A DNA stretch of 64,000 bases from Moniliella sp. 'wahieum'. Taxonomy: Eukaryota. Each line of letters begins with the position of its first letter. Position 1 is the stretch's first letter. This document shows, piece after piece, positions 62,871 through 64,000 of the stretch. The translations under genes were made by a program, and so were the position numbers. The notes under the pieces are model-generated. The model searched no databases, was not told where the DNA came from, and saw only the letters and a program-made list of their open reading frames with translations. The stretch is taken from NCBI GenBank assembly GCA_003971905.1, contig RSEE01000023.1, positions 124,001 through 188,000 of the forward strand, written 5' to 3'.

Positions 62871-64000
62871 ATGACGGCTGCCACTTACAGCACTCCTACG
62901 CCCACCAACAGGCCATTGGACAACCTAGGCGTCTCGCCAAGATCCCCGTAGCCATCTCTCATTTGTTCTCAACCACCAGCGCCACACAGGTTGACACGAC
63001 CACACCGGCCAATGCGACCGCTACCTCGCACGCAATCTCGACCGCCACTCCTTCGTTCTACACTGCTCCAGTGTATCTGTCACCTCGGTTGCGCCTGCTG
63101 CGTCGGCACTGAAGCCAACACCCATCGCTACCAAGCGGCCCAGGTGGCGCCGAAAGTGCTGCCAGGGTGGCAGTCCGCCCTCCAAGGGCTAACGCACCAC
63201 ATCCCTTTCTTCCTTCGATCCCCGGCCGAGGCGATCATTGGCACGGTGCGGCTTCTTTTCTGACGCTCGGATCTGTTGAGTATCGCTCTGACTGACTCGA
63301 ATGGATTTTTAGGAGTGCTATACGACGTTGATTTACGATGCCGATCTCACTTCAACGTATTGCATCCGGCTGTCGATCTCCAAAGGCCTCGGACTGGGCA
63401 TCGTCGTCTTTGGCTCCATCATGAAGATCCCTCAAATCCTCAAGATTATCAAGGGTCGTTCCGCCCGCGGGATCAGCCTCAGCATGTACGCTCTCGAAGT
63501 GCTGGCATATACCATTAGCTGGCCTACGCTGTGCGCAAGCAGATCCCCTTCAGCACGTATGGGGAAAATGCAAGCTTAACAGTTCAAAGTAAGTCATCCT
63601 CTCCTATGCCCCCCCACGTTTTCTGACAGGCGTCTTGCAGATATGGTGATCACTCTTCTGATCCTTGCCTATGCGCCCATCGCGCCCGGGTCAACGGAGC
63701 AGGCGCGTCGAACACGTGTCCTGGTCTCTGCTGCCTTAATGGCCGCCCTTGCCATCTTGTTCTCCCCCGCCCTGTGTGCGGCAGGTCTACTCTCCTTCCT
63801 TCAAGCGCTCACCATTCCCATCTCCCTCATCAGCAAGGTGCCCCAGATGGTTGAGCTGCACACGCGCAAAGCCCCGGGCCAACTGAGCGCGATCGTTGTC
63901 TTTTCTCAATTGGCCGGAACAATGGCAAGGGTGTTCACCACGGTGACTGAGACCAATGACTCGCTCCTGTTTTGGGGATTTGCGTTGGCTACTGTCTTCA
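62871..64000 (+). CDS. MPDU1: Mannose-P-dolichol utilization defect 1 (Lec35) PQ-loop protein, 3'-truncated by window edge
   Basis: CYTTLIYD..CIRLSISKGLGLGIVVFGSIMKIPQILKI, FSTYGEN, SKVPQM...GQLSAIVVF.QLAGTMARVFTT..ETND. Two introns. Start is uncertain. Confidence 0.88.

Noticed and set aside
1..64000. rRNA, tRNA or LTR retrotransposon
   Set aside because: No recognisable rRNA or tRNA structure, no LTR pair and no RT/integrase motifs seen by eye. A tRNAscan-SE/Infernal run would be needed to exclude small RNAs.

Overview
Eukaryotic, GC-rich fungal DNA with short GT-AG introns, most likely a basidiomycete of Ustilaginomycotina type (inferred from gene content and style). Single-base indels break almost every gene, which looks like uncorrected long-read error. 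Recognisable genes: MetR/Cys-3-like bZIP, PhyH dioxygenase, B-type cyclin, NST1, COG7, GNAT acetyltransferase, KIN4-like kinase, carboxypeptidase Y, Soa1/Dal5-type MFS, DUF1769 protein, DAD3, a G/Q/N/Y-rich glycine-zipper protein, MSH6, TPS2, DHA1 MFS and MPDU1 (runs off the window). The main novelty is a 4,968-bp TIR DNA transposon (30552-35519). It has 67-bp TIRs starting CTCACTGA, 10-11-bp subterminal arrays, the C-terminal half of an EnSpm/CACTA-like transposase, and an atypical 7-bp target-site duplication (GATCATG, i.e. NN-TNA-NN). A second, solo left end at 29503 is also preceded by an NN-TNA-NN heptamer. Intergenic DNA across the window carries in-phase arrays of NN-TNA-NN heptamers joined by palindromic 4-bp junctions. 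This is the pattern expected from repeated insertion and hairpin-type excision footprints of such an element (inference). No database searches were run: calls rest on motif recognition, and gene ends are approximate where frameshifts intervene.
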